Shown here one piece after another: positions 24,234 through 36,065 of a DNA stretch of 64,000 nt (position 1 is the stretch's first letter; the number at the start of each line of letters is the position of its first letter). Below the pieces are notes generated by a model. The model worked only from the letters and a program-made list of their open reading frames with translations, was not told the origin of the DNA and did not search any database. The translations under genes and the position numbers were made by a program. This DNA comes from Octopus sinensis (Eukaryota): contig NC_043001.1 of NCBI RefSeq assembly GCF_006345805.1, forward strand, positions 15,004,001 to 15,068,000. Direction: 5' to 3'.

Positions 24234-24771
24234 CTGAAATAATCACAGAAAAATAATTGATTAATCATTTATATCAAGATGTATATTGATTTCAAATTTT
24301 GGTACAAGGACAGCAATTTGAGGGGAGGGGATAAATTGATTACATTGACCCCAGTGTTCAAAAGACAACCTCTAGATAACATTGAGAAGTGTATTAATTT
24401 GATTTACCATCCATATTTATATATAAAATACAATTAGCCATCATTTTTGACAGTACGGGGCCAGCTAGTATATAATATATATTATGGCCTTCTTTCAGTT
24501 TCTGTCTACCAAATCCACTTACAAGGCTTTGGTCAGCCTGAGGCTATAGTTGAAATCACTTGCTCATGGTGCCATGCAGTGGGATTGAACCCACAACCTC
24601 TGGTTGGGAAGTAAGTTTCTTACCTTAATTCTAAAAATATAATGGGATTTTTTGTTTTTAAACATCAAATTGCTATGGGGTTCTACCTGAGGAAAATAAG
24701 GATCAAAAAGGTCTGCAGATAGTGCAATGCTAATTTTATTTTTCCAAATTCATCAATTTTATTGTTCTTAC

Positions 24772-25128
24772 CTTTCAAAATAGTATTTTCTGTCTGTGAC
24801 TGAAAAGTTCCATAAGACGTCTGCATAGAACAGGAATAAACTCTCTGGTCAGAACATAGAGCTGGTGCCATTAGTAACTCAACAACTGTATTGTCATCAC
24901 TCGGACGGGATATTTCCGCATGATGTTGAAGCTGTTGGTCAATCCATGTGGTTTGGTTCTTCTCAATGTTCACCAAAAGAGTCCGTTCACCATTTTTAGC
25001 ATTGGCAGCAAAGAATAAGATGCTGTAAATGTTGATGTTGTCTGGGAAAGAATTGACCAAACCTTGGCAGCGAACCTTCAATGTGTCTTCACCAATAACG
25101 GGTTTCTCGGGCAGAACAGAAAGTTCCA
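24772..25128 (-). CDS. IgSF membrane protein, exon 2: V-like Ig domain
   Basis: Acceptor ...tcttagttacag|TG, donor AAAG|gtaaga; 357 nt, phase 1-1; B-strand LKVRC and F-strand DQRVYSC; no stop codons. Canonical C-strand Trp is absent. Confidence 0.85.
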
Positions 25129-26683
25129 CTGTAACTAAGACAAAAAGAATTGCAACATTTATTTCTTGTGCAACAATATTGTTTTAAAAAGGATTGAGGG
25201 TTAGAAAATATTGGTGAAAGAAATGCTATGAGAAGTTCTGTAATTATTTCTCCAGACCAATTCTCTGTTAGTGTTATTTAATTCTAAGTTCATCCATGAC
25301 ATTAAATTTCCTTACAGGAATGGTTATGGTCAAAAAGGTTGCTTCCCAACTTGATAGTTTGGGGTTCAGTCCCACACTAGGGCAAGTGTTTTCTGCTATT
25401 GCTTTGAGACAACCAAAGCCCTTTGAGTGGTTTTGCTAGATGGAAACTGAAAGAAGCCCATTGTATATGTGTGCTGATATGTTCCACTTTCTGATGATGT
25501 AACTTCATTGTCTGCATGACTGGTTCGAACAGTGGACCTTGCTGACTGACCCTTCTTACTGAGTCTGTCCAATATTTATCAGAAATAGATCAGCCCACTT
25601 CTCTCCTGAGGGCGTCTGCCAAAACATGCACACATGTGGTGGAGTGAATGTATTTTTGTGTCTCCTTGTCTTAACATTGTGTGATGGTTGTAAGCAAGTG
25701 TCACCATCATACAAGCAGTGTCATTTCTAATCATCATCATTAATATCCACTTTTCATGCTGGCATGGGTTGGACGGTTCGACCGGGGTCTGGGAAGCCGG
25801 GAGGCTGAACCAGGCTCCAGTCTGATCTGGCAGTGTTTCTACAGCTGGATGCCCTTCCTAATGCCAACCACTACGAGAGTATAGTGGGTGCTTTTATGTG
25901 CCACCGGCACGAGGGTCAGTCAGGCAGAACTGGCAACGGCCACGCTAAAATGGTGCTTTTACATGCTACCTACACAGGAGCCAGTCCAGCGGCAGTGGCA
26001 ACGCCCTCGCTCGTATGTTGTTTTTCACTAACAACCAGCATCTACAAAAACATGTCTGGCCATTGGGAAATATTACCTCCCTTGAAAACAAGTGTTTGCA
26101 ACAGGAAGGGCATCCACCCATAGAACATTTGCCTCAATAAACTCTGTCTGTCCCATGCAAGCCTGGAAAAGTGAATGTTAAGATATGATACATTCATTTC
26201 TTAGTCTTCAGCTTTATCCTAGCAATAAATAACTTTGTTTCATATTCACTTAGTGTCACATGTTATGTCTTGTCACAAAACCTGTCACGTTTCCTTTTGT
26301 GTTTGTATGTGAGTATGGATGGATGGATTTAACGCATGCGTTCTGTTTTTTCTTTTCTCATTTGTCCTGGTATTGCATTTAGTTGTAAATGAGGATCCCT
26401 TCATTTCCAATGTCTTATGAAAACGGAAAGGGCCTCCAGTTACAGAAAATCTACCTCGGTTAATCCCATCTGATCCCTGCAAGCATGGAAAAGTAAACGC
26501 TAAAATAATCACACAAACACACACACACACACATATCAATTATCCTTTAACGTCCCCTTTTCCATGCTGGCATGGGTTGGATGATTCAACAAAAACAGTC
26601 AAGCCAGAGTGGGTAAAATCAGATGCTCATACGTTAGGTGAGGGTAGATATATTATCTTCATTTATAAGATGTTATATATTTC

Positions 26684-26920
26684 TTTACTACTCACAAAGG
26701 GCTAAACACAGAGAGGACAAACAAGGACAGACAAACGGATTAAGTCAATTATAGTCAATTACATCGACCCCAGTGCATAACTGGTACTTATTTAATCGAC
26801 CCTGAAAGGATGAAAGGCAAAGTCAACCTCGGTGGAATTTGAACTCAGAACGTAGTTGCAGATGAAATACCGCTAAGCATTTCGCCCGGCGTGCTAAAGT
26901 TCCTGCCAGCTCACCGCCTT
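26684..26920 (-). mobile_element. SINE family B, antisense
   Basis: Full-length reverse-complement match to the other family B copies. Confidence 0.85.
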
Positions 26921-26943
26921 TCATTTATAAGAGGTTCTAACCC

Positions 26944-27306
26944 CATAACAGCTGATTAATGTTACCAAACAATTTCACGGAGGTCACTGGCTACAAAACA
27001 AACAAAAAAAAAAAGCACCAATACAAGGGACCTAACTGTGGTAGACCTAAGGATCAATTGTGTTCTGTTTGTGCTGTTAATCTGTTTCTTTTGGCTGTGT
27101 TCGTTCATCCGTGAAATTCATTCTGATTCTTTTACAATTCTGAGAACCATAATAAACCAGATGTGATATTTTCAGGATCCCAGCAGCAAAGAGTCCAAGC
27201 CATACTTTTCCATTCAGCCATATCTAATGATTGCCAAGTTTATCTTCCCAATTCTGGAAGGTTATCAGCCAAAAAACCCATTTGGTAACATTAATTGGCT
27301 GTTAGG
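26944..27306. mobile_element. Probable MITE with 26-bp imperfect TIRs
   Basis: cataacagctgattaatgttaccaaa versus the reverse complement of tttggtaacattaattggctgttagg: 23/26 matches. Confidence 0.55.
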
Positions 27307-27315
27307 AGACTATAA

Positions 27316-27719
27316 TCTTTATATATAAAAGAGAGGTTGTGTGAGTGTCTGTCTCCTACGATTTAGATTCCTAACTACTCCCACAGTTTGCGGTGCAGTT
27401 TAACCAAATTCGGGTATCTTATAGTCGTGATTCATATCGAGCCCTTCTGGGTATTAGAGCGCGTCTACGATGAGTCTATGATTTAAAAAAAAATTTACCA
27501 TCATTTTTTTCCATTTTAATGCATTTTTTCGTTATTAAATAAGGGAAGTAACTCTCTAAAAATGTCTACGATGAGTCAACGATTTAAAAAAAAATTTACC
27601 ATCAGTTTTTTTTTCCATTTTTAATGCATTTTTTTGCTATTTTTTGGCTATAACTCTCTAAAAATGCTTATATAGTTATTTCCCTTACAAACCCGAGCAA
27701 CGCCGGGCGATACTGCTAG
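27316..27719 (+). mobile_element. Non-autonomous Helitron
   Basis: A|TC 5' end, CTAG|T 3' end, subterminal hairpin cccgagcaacgccggg (27692-27707), no TSD. Confidence 0.9.
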
Positions 27720-28002
27720 TATGATATAAAGAATAATAGTAATAATAATAATAATATAGATAAAGAGAGGGAGAGGGGGTGTGCGGGTATGACTGTGTGG
27801 TAGAGAAACTTGCTTGCCAACCATGTCGTCCTGGTTTCATTCCCACTGTGTGGTACCATGGGAAAATGTCTTCTACTGAAGCTATAGGTCACAACCAACC
27901 AGTGAATTTGGTAGACAGAAACAGAAATAAGCCTGTTGTGTGTGTGTGTGTGTTGAGGGTGTAGGTGTGTCCTATTTTCAGTCAATATATCTTTCCATTT
28001 TA

Positions 28003-28232
28003 GGGCAGTGAGCTGGGAGAACCGTTAGCATACCAGGCAAAATGCTTAGTGGTATTTCATTTGCCGTTACGTTCTGAGTTCAAATTCTGCTGATGTCGAC
28101 TTTGTCTTTCATCCTTTTGGGGTTGATTAAATAAGTACCAGTTACGCACTGTGTTCGATATAATCGACTTAATCCCTTTGTCCGTGTTTGTCCCCTCTAT
28201 GTTTAGCCCTTTGTGGGCAATAAAGAAGTAAA
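28003..28232 (+). mobile_element. SINE family B
   Basis: Full-length match to the other family B copies. Confidence 0.85.
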
Positions 28233-28404
28233 TATATCTTTCCATTTTTAAGATGGTATTGTGTGATTTGAGGGAAATTTTTATCTACTATTTCTAGCAG
28301 GTCAAGCAAACACGCCCATCCTCCTAGATTGACTCTTCATTTCTTTCTTTTATTGGTAATAAAATCCTCATTGAGGAATGAAGTTAGTGGATTTGTGTTT
28401 TTTT

Positions 28405-28470
28405 AATAATAATAATAATAATGAAATTATTGTATAGTGCTCAGGTGCACCACAACTGCTCAGGTGCACC
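28405..28470 (-). mobile_element. CR1 extreme 3' tail fragment
   Basis: aataataataatgaaattattgtatagtgctcaggtgcaccacaac, with a local duplication of ctcaggtgcaccaca. Confidence 0.6.
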
Positions 28471-28820
28471 ACAGTGGTTTGGAATACTGTCTCATGTGGA
28501 TCAGTCTACCCCGACAGGTGGGGGTGAGGAAGGTTTTAGAGATGATTTGATGTGGGGTGGAGGAAATCAACATTTGATCTGAAAATTATGAATGTCTGCA
28601 CTTGGTGTGAAGACGTGAGAAGTGATGGAATTCCAGAAGATATCCCCCTCATCGTCATTTAATATCTTGGATTAGATGGCTCAATACTTTTCATATTAGC
28701 AGTGGCATTCATCCAGAGTGGGTTGAGCCAGCTCTGACCAATGAGTTCACCATGTCCCCCATGAATGCAGACCACATCTGACATTCACCCCCTAATGTTC
28801 CAGCAGGCAATGTAATACTT

Positions 28821-28984
28821 CTGCCAGGTCTTGTTGTTTCATTCCACTAATATTGCTCAGCCATTCAACAGATATCTCTCTTCAATACTTTATGATCAAA
28901 GCAGCAACAGAACAGGATTAACTTGGCTTAAATAACAAATTAATCCACCCAAGATTTCTTCATTAATAAATTTTTTTTCAAAAT
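28821..28984 (+). repeat. Unclassified ~160-bp repeat, copy 1
   Basis: Reverse complement of 33259-33420. Confidence 0.75.
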
Positions 28985-30429
28985 AACAAAAATAAAAAAA
29001 TAAAAACCACTAATTAACTTACTGAAAGGGAAAGAAATAAATAACCAATATTAGTGAATCGCTAATACTATTTTAATTATAAGAACAGTCAGGAATGGCA
29101 TGATTGGAAAATATTGCTTTGTGAGATTTCTGTACATTCATCATCATCATCATTTTGTATCAGCTCTCCATGTTGGCATGGGTCTGATAGGTTTATAGAA
29201 TCCAGTGGATCAGGGGACTATTTCTGGCTCCAGTCTTCTACTTTTAGAATTATTATTCCAACCCCTGGATGTTTATCTTATCACCAAAAATCCAGTTTGT
29301 AGATTTGACAAATGCTTCACCGGAAGAGCAAGCACCTTGGATAGTGCTGATGCTGTAGCCATAGTCATTGTTCATTGCTGAGGTGTAGGGGTCATGTTTG
29401 GAGTTCATGTTCCGATGGTTCCAGAGGACCCAGCTTAGCCCAAGTGCTGGTCTCCATTGTCTGCTTTTTATAAAGTCTCTATGGTTTGATGCCCTTCCAA
29501 ATGCCAACCCCTTTACAGAATGTCCAAGGTGTTTCTTTCATGGTACCAACATTAGTGGGGACACCAGGTACCTTGCAAGACAAGACTTCTTGACTGAGTG
29601 GAGGTTCTGTATTAAGGGTGGTGGTTTTATGCCAAGTGTAGAGAAGTTAAAGCATGATAGAGGGGACAGGGACACATGTTGCTCTAGAGGAAGTACATGG
29701 GTACTCCAACAGGAAAAGGGAGAAAGGATGGTGAAGATGAGATGTCAGGGCTAACCCTAAAGCTACAAGAAAGAGGATAGAGAGATAATAGGGGTAGAAA
29801 ATTGAAAAGGGCTGGCTGGATGGATTGGTAGGGTTGTGAAAATGTGAAAAGAAAGTTAGTGAAAGGAGAACAGAAATGAAGATCATTCTGAAATTAAAAA
29901 TGAGAGAGAGAGAGAGGGGGGGGCTTATGTGTAGTGGTGGTGGTGGGGGATAACTGGGTAATAAGGTGCAAAGTTAAGTAGATGATGTGGAGGGGGAGAT
30001 AGAGGGTGGGGGTGGAGTAGGGCTGGTGGTACATTATTCAGTTTAACTAAAACACCACTTTTTACTCAACATACCATAAATGATGTAGAAACTAGTAGAA
30101 CCCATCTAAATTTTGGGTGGAGCTTTTTTAAAACTGAAGGTCCACCCCATCAATCTCTCAGTTATGTGTCAACTGATGATGAAAGTAATAGATTGGTGTG
30201 GGTGGGCGTATGAAATATTTTGCTTCAACAAGTCTTATCTCAATCATACTTCAAACCTGTCATGTGGTGTCAGTTAATACCTTTCACTTTCGTTATCTTT
30301 TAAAACACAAGACATCTGATACGGTGTCGGATTATTGAAGACATAGCTTTGCTTATATATATATTCGTTGAAATACAATATCTATATAAAATAAACTCCA
30401 ATCACTACATACATATCCACATACATTCA

Positions 30430-30858
30430 TATACATACATGCACATACACAGGAGTGGCTGTGTGGTAAGTAGCTTGCTAACCAACCACATGGTTCCGGC
30501 TTCAGTCCCACTGCGTGGCATCTTGGGCAAGTGTCTTCTGCTATAGCCTCGGGCCAACCAATGCCTTGTGAGTGGATTTGGTAGACGGAAACTGAAAGAA
30601 GCCTGTCGTATATATGTATATATATATATATGTATGTGTGTGTGTATATGTTTGTGTGTCTGTGTTTGTCCCTCTAGCATTGCTTGACAACCGATGCTGG
30701 TGTGTTTACGTCCCCGTCACTTAGCGGTTCGGCAAAAGAGACCAATAGAATAAGTACTGGGCTTACAGAGAATAAGTCCTGGGGTCGATTTGCTCGACTA
30801 GAGGCGGTGCTCCAGCATGGCCGCAGTCAAATGACTGAAACAAGTAAAAGAATAAAAG
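30430..30858 (+). mobile_element. SINE family A, full length
   Basis: Same head, body and tail as 19028-19448; retains many CpGs. Confidence 0.88.
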
Positions 30859-30886
30859 AATACATGCGCATACGCAGACATAATAT

Positions 30887-30921
<35 letters not shown>

Positions 30922-30922
<1 letters not shown>

Positions 30923-31100
30923 ATTTCAACAATATTAAGGAATGGCCCTGATAGGCCATTCGACTCACCAGAAAGAGCAGCCAAAAAATGTTTTAATTTT
31001 CCTTTGATTTCTGAATTACTACTATTTAGCAGTTTTGTTTGGCTGCTCTTTCTGGTGATCGAATGGCCTATCAGGGCCATTCCTTAATATTGTTGAAATT
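30922..31100. mobile_element. MITE with ~60-bp TIRs inside a (TA)n tract
   Basis: aatttcaacaatattaaggaatggccctgataggccattcga...ccagaaagagcagccaaa is mirrored at 31040-31100. Confidence 0.8.
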
Positions 31101-31192
31101 ATATATATATAGTCTGTGACTATTTTCTCTTTCTCACTAGACCGCTGGTGGCGAAATAAATTTCTATCGAATTTTTTGCTACCCTTATATTG

Positions 31193-31223
<31 letters not shown>

Positions 31224-31417
31224 TTCTTTACTACCCACAAGGGGCTAAACACAGAGGGGACAAACAAGGACAGACAAAGGGATTCAGTCGATTACATCGG
31301 CCCCAGTGGGTAACTGGTACTTAATTTATCGACCCCGAAAGGATGAAAGGTAAAATATATATATATACCGTCCAACCCATGCTAGCATGGAAAGCGGACG
31401 TTAAACGATGATGATGA

Positions 31418-31456
<39 letters not shown>

Positions 31457-32123
31457 ACACCACCACCGTCATCACTACCAACATATAGTCGCTTTCCCAT
31501 GTTGACCCATCTGACCCATGCTGGCATGGAAAAACATGCGTAGAATGATGGCAGTGTGTGTGTGTTCATACACAATACAGACAAAAATGCATGTATGTAT
31601 ACACATGTATATACATACATACAAATATGCTTAGAATATATATGTCTATCTGTGCTATGCCTGCATATGTGTATATATATGTATGTGTGTATGGATGCAT
31701 ATATATTAGACTTATGATTGTAAGATTGTGGTTTCAATTCCTAGAGCGGGTGATGCATTATTTTCTATAACAAAACACTTTATTTCACAAAGCTCTAATA
31801 AAAGTGGGTAATCTTGCTTTGAACTGGAACCCTGTCCAGGGAAGAATATATATTCTGGAGAAAACAGGAAACTGGCCCCATGTTCTTTGTAGAGTCATAA
31901 GGACTAACCGTGTGTGTATGTATGTATATATATATATATGCGCAGGCTTGGTTGTGTGGTAAGAAGCTTGCTTCCCAACAACATGGGTCTAGGTTCAGTC
32001 CCCCTATGTGGCACCTTAGGCAAGTGTTTTCTACGATAGCCTCAGATCAACCAAAGTCTTGTGGAATTGATAGACAGAAACTGAAAGAAGCCTATATATA
32101 CATATATAAATATTATATATATA

Positions 32124-32166
<43 letters not shown>

Positions 32167-32695
32167 CAGGGTTATTCAAAAAGAGTGAACCAATTTCATT
32201 ATGCAATATTTTATTAAGGAAAAGCAATAGGAATCTCCAGCTAAGTCACAAGTATTTACTCACAATCAACTTTCATTTCTATCTTACAAATGTTCAATGT
32301 GGCCACCACTTGCAGCACGGACAACATCAATGCAATATGAGAATTCCTCCCAGACACGAATCAGTATATCACAATCCACTGAGTACTTCTTCGGCTGTCT
32401 GGTTGAATGCTTTATCGGAGCTTCTCCATTTCCCTTCTATGTCAATATCTTCTGGAATCATCTCAAGCAAAGCAAATTTATTCTTTAATCCCATAATGAA
32501 CTTGCTTTTGCTCTGCTGATACTCATCTGGGAGGAATTCTCTTATCACATTGATGTTGCAGGTAGTGACCACTTGTAAGACAGGAAATAAAGTTGATTGT
32601 GAGTAAATACTTGTGACTTAGCTGGAGATTCCTATTGCTTTCCCTTATTAAAATACTGCATAATGAAATCGGTTCAGTCTTTTTGAATAACCCTA
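32167..32695. mobile_element. Fold-back Tc1/mariner derivative: two inverted copies of a transposon 3' end around an RTE-like filler
   Basis: Inverted arms of ~170-190 bp starting cagggttattcaaaaaga; flanked by (TA)n. The arms encode RVWEEFSYCIDVVRAASGGHIEHL* and WEEFSYHIDVAGSDHL*. Confidence 0.85.
32372..32522 (-). mobile_element. RTE-type LINE ORF2 linker fragment inside the fold-back element
   Basis: FIMGLKNKFALLEMIPEDIDIEGKWRSSDKAFNQTAEEVLSG fits the post-endonuclease pattern F-x-L-x-L-x-N-R-F-x-x-L...W...TAEEVLG of RTE elements. Confidence 0.6.
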
Positions 32696-33258
32696 TATAT
32701 ATATATATATATCATCATGCTGCCATCGTTCAGGCAGTTTGACAGGAGCTTGCAAGCCAGAGAGCTGCACCCAAATTTAGATGTGTTGTACCAGTTTCTG
32801 CATCATCCATTTCCAAGTAAGTTTTATCTCAATAATTCTGATGCAACACTAATTCTATCACTATCTCTATTTCTCTCTCTCTTCCTCTTTCTGTATTTGT
32901 ATCTCCCTTTTTTCTCTCATCCTTTCTCTAATTTTTCTCCTCCCTCCTTCACCGTTCTATACCTGTCCCTCTCTCATCCTCCTTGACTTTCGTTGCTCAC
33001 ATGTGACCAGTGGCCATCTTTCTTTTCCTAACTCAAATTTCTTTATTTCTTCTCGTTCAGCTACCGGGATAGCAGGCATTTTTGTCTGTCTCCTGTCAAA
33101 GCTTCTTTCTCCAGCATTCACCACTTCACCTCATTATGGCTTAACAGCCCATACCGTTTGTTTTCACTATCCTGTTTTTGTTACCAACTTTGACCTTCTG
33201 CAAATCCCAAATTTTATTTAATTTGCTTTGCAGGAGCAACTCTTTGACGAAGATACAT

Positions 33259-33420
33259 TTAAAAAAAAATGTTATTAATGAAGAAATCTTGGGTGGATTA
33301 ATTTGTCAATTTAAGCCAAGTTAATCCTGTTCTGTTGCTGCTTTGGTCATAAAGTATTGAAGAGAGATATCTGTTGAATGGCTGAGCAGTATTAGTGGAA
33401 TGAAATAGCAAGACATGGCA
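33259..33420 (-). repeat. Unclassified ~160-bp repeat, copy 2 (inverted)
   Basis: Reverse complement of 28821-28984; cut off by a SINE at ~33420. Confidence 0.75.
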
Positions 33421-33896
33421 GGGGATAGGTGGGGGTCCCTGTGCCAGTGGCACGTAAAAAGCACCATCCGAACGTGGCTGATGCCAGCACCGCCTTGGCT
33501 GGCTCCATGCCGGTAGCACATAAAAGACACCAACTGATCATGGCTGTTGCCAGCCTCCTCTGGCCCCTGTGCTGGTGGCACGTAAAGAGCACCCACTACA
33601 CTCATGGAGTGGTTGGCATTAGGAAGGGCATCCAGCTGTAGAAACACTGCCAGATCAGACTGGGCTTGGTGCAGACTCCTGGCTTCCCAGACCCGTCCAA
33701 ACCATGCTAGCATGGAAAATGGACGTTTAAATGTTGAAGTGAAAGTAATGATGTTCGTGTGTTCTTGAATGGCCTAAAAACATCTTCCATGCTGAAATTG
33801 TATAAATATGTGTGTGTGCGTGTATATCTATGTATGTATGTATGTATATGTGTATGTATATACATGTGTGTATGTGTGTGTATATATATATGTTAT

Positions 33897-34450
33897 GTCA
33901 GGTCACTTTCGAGTGCTACTGGTAACATGTAACCCAGTACAACCTGTTGCATGGTTGGGTCGTCCGCGACTAAACCGGCAACCCCACCAAACTAGCTTGG
34001 TGAGGAGGGTGATTATTGGACACCCTGCGGGATGAAAAACAAAACCCGTCAAAGAGCGGAGGAGCTCTTGAGAGTCAACGGCCATCCAATAAAGGTCTTA
34101 AGGCTGTATCATGCGTGGGGACATAGAAATAATCGGACTGAATACCCGATCGCGCGGTTAAACCATTGGGAGTGAAGGACCCCTAGCCTTTGCTAGGGCA
34201 TCCTTCTAGGAGAAGGTAACTCAGGTAACTGGGATAACTCCGACATAAAACCTGCGTCTCTGTAGTTACTGATGATGTTGACTTGTTCTTCTTTTCGGAT
34301 TATGGCTGCTGTTGCTTCGTGAGTGGGATTGACTCTGTGCACAGCCTTTCCTCACTTAAAAAAAAATCTTCTTGCACAGGCATTGCACGATAACAACATT
34401 GATTAAGCTTCGTGCAATGGCCATACTCGATCACGAGGGGGAAGCCACCA
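33897..34450 (+). mobile_element. GC-richer interspersed element resembling an RTE-type 5' UTR
   Basis: CpG-retaining block in an AT-rich background, with motif gggcatccttctaggagaaggtaactc resembling the ...ctaggagaaggaaaactc motif I recall from RTE 5' UTRs; no ORF. Confidence 0.4.
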
Positions 34451-34910
34451 TGTATGTATGTATGTGTATGTATATATATATATATATATATATTATGTAT
34501 ATATATATTATGTATATATATATTATATATGTATTTATGTGTGTGTGTGTAGTCTATATTGAGAGAGTGTGGTACATGTGAATGAAAATCCAAGTAAAAC
34601 TGTATCTCAATTGGTTTTGTTTAACAAACTCTTGTAATAATTCTATCGCAGCATTTCTAATCAATGCCAAGACAGTGGAAGCTCTATTCCCCCCCCCCGA
34701 CACCACTAATTAGGAGCAGGTGGCTTACGAAGAAGAAATTACTAAAAGCAACCTTAATCAAATACAAGAACAGACAATTAAAAGAGTTTATATATACACC
34801 ACACCTTTTATGAGGGTGTGGTTGGAGGCCATTGATAATCTAAATTGGTCAGGAGTGAAAGAAACGAGAAGATGATGGAAAGATAATAGCAGAGATAGGA
34901 AAGTGCTTAC

Positions 34911-34986
34911 CTTGTTTGTGACGCTGGGAGGTTATTAGGAGAGGAGCATAGAGGAGAACAATGAGATATTGTGTAAGGCCAGTCAT
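34911..34986 (-). CDS. IgSF membrane protein, coding exon 1 (signal peptide, MTGLTQYLIVLLYAPLLITSQRHKQ)
   Basis: ATG at 34986 with A at -3; hydrophobic core YLIVLLYAPLLITS; ends in a phase-1 donor G|GTAAGC that joins in frame to the phase-1 acceptor at 25128. The link across a ~9.8 kb intron is inferred. Confidence 0.65.
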
Positions 34987-35199
34987 TTTTATAAAGACTG
35001 TCTGAGCTGTTGGGATTGGTTTTGACCGAAAGGCAGTGTGACAGTTGGACACAGACTGGCTTGGTAAATGGAATAATAAATGGATTAGTGTTTGTTATGC
35101 AAAGTTGTACTTCGTGCTGTGTGAAGCTTGGGAGGTCATTAAAAACATACTTGTTTTAGTGTCTTTAAAGAACCGTTTTAATGAATTCAGCATGAAGCA

Positions 35200-35550
35200 A
35201 GGCTGTGTGTGTGTGTGTGTGTTTTGGAGACATTGTTTCACTGAGTGTAATGTTTTAAGATTATGTGTGTGTGTGTGTTTCTATATCTGGATGTGTGTAT
35301 GCATGTGTGTCTGTGTATGCATGTGTCTGTGTATGCATGTGTGTCTGTGTATGCATATGTGTGTGTGTTTCTGTGTTGAGTAAGCTGTTTTGCTGAACAC
35401 AAGATTTGGTGTGTGTGTGTGTGTATCTCTGATTGTGCTGAGGACATTGTTTTATTGAATACAAGATTTGAAGAAGTATGTGTGTGTGTATCTGTGTGTG
35501 CTGAGGACGTTTTACTGAATACAAGATTTTAAGGAGTGTGTGTGTGTGTG
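35200..35550. repeat. Compound (TG)n minisatellite with recurrent spacer ctgaggacattgttttactgaatacaagatt
   Basis: Four degenerate spacer copies separated by (TG)n runs, just 5' of coding exon 1. Confidence 0.7.
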
Positions 35551-36065
35551 AGCCCCTATGTGCTTATTGGGAATACGGTTTCACTGGGTACAAATTTAAT
35601 CTTTTTTGATAAGTTCTTTGTTAGGGAAGCTTAATATTTCTGAGACTTTAGTATTTCAAAATAAAGATAAGATCAAAAATGTCTAGGTTGTATTTTTGTA
35701 AAAAAAAAACCCAACAAAAAACCCCTCTATAGCTGTAATGTAGGGCAGACAAAACAAGATGTAAATTTAAAGAAAAGGTCTCTACAATGATAACACACCC
35801 TTCTTTAGCCGGCCATTTAGATAAGTGAGGAGGAAGAGTTTATTTATCCAGATGACACCACACTACATTCCGACCTCTTCTGTTTACTCTGACATCATCT
35901 GGACTCCTCAGCAGATGTGCGCAATCTCTATGAGTAGAGAGAGAGGGAAAAACTTGAAAATCATTTAACAATGGGGGCATGTTAAACTACTTTCGTTTGA
36001 TGACACTAAAACAGATACATGTCAAAAATACATGGTTTACTGTGAGTTAATACATGGTTTACTGT

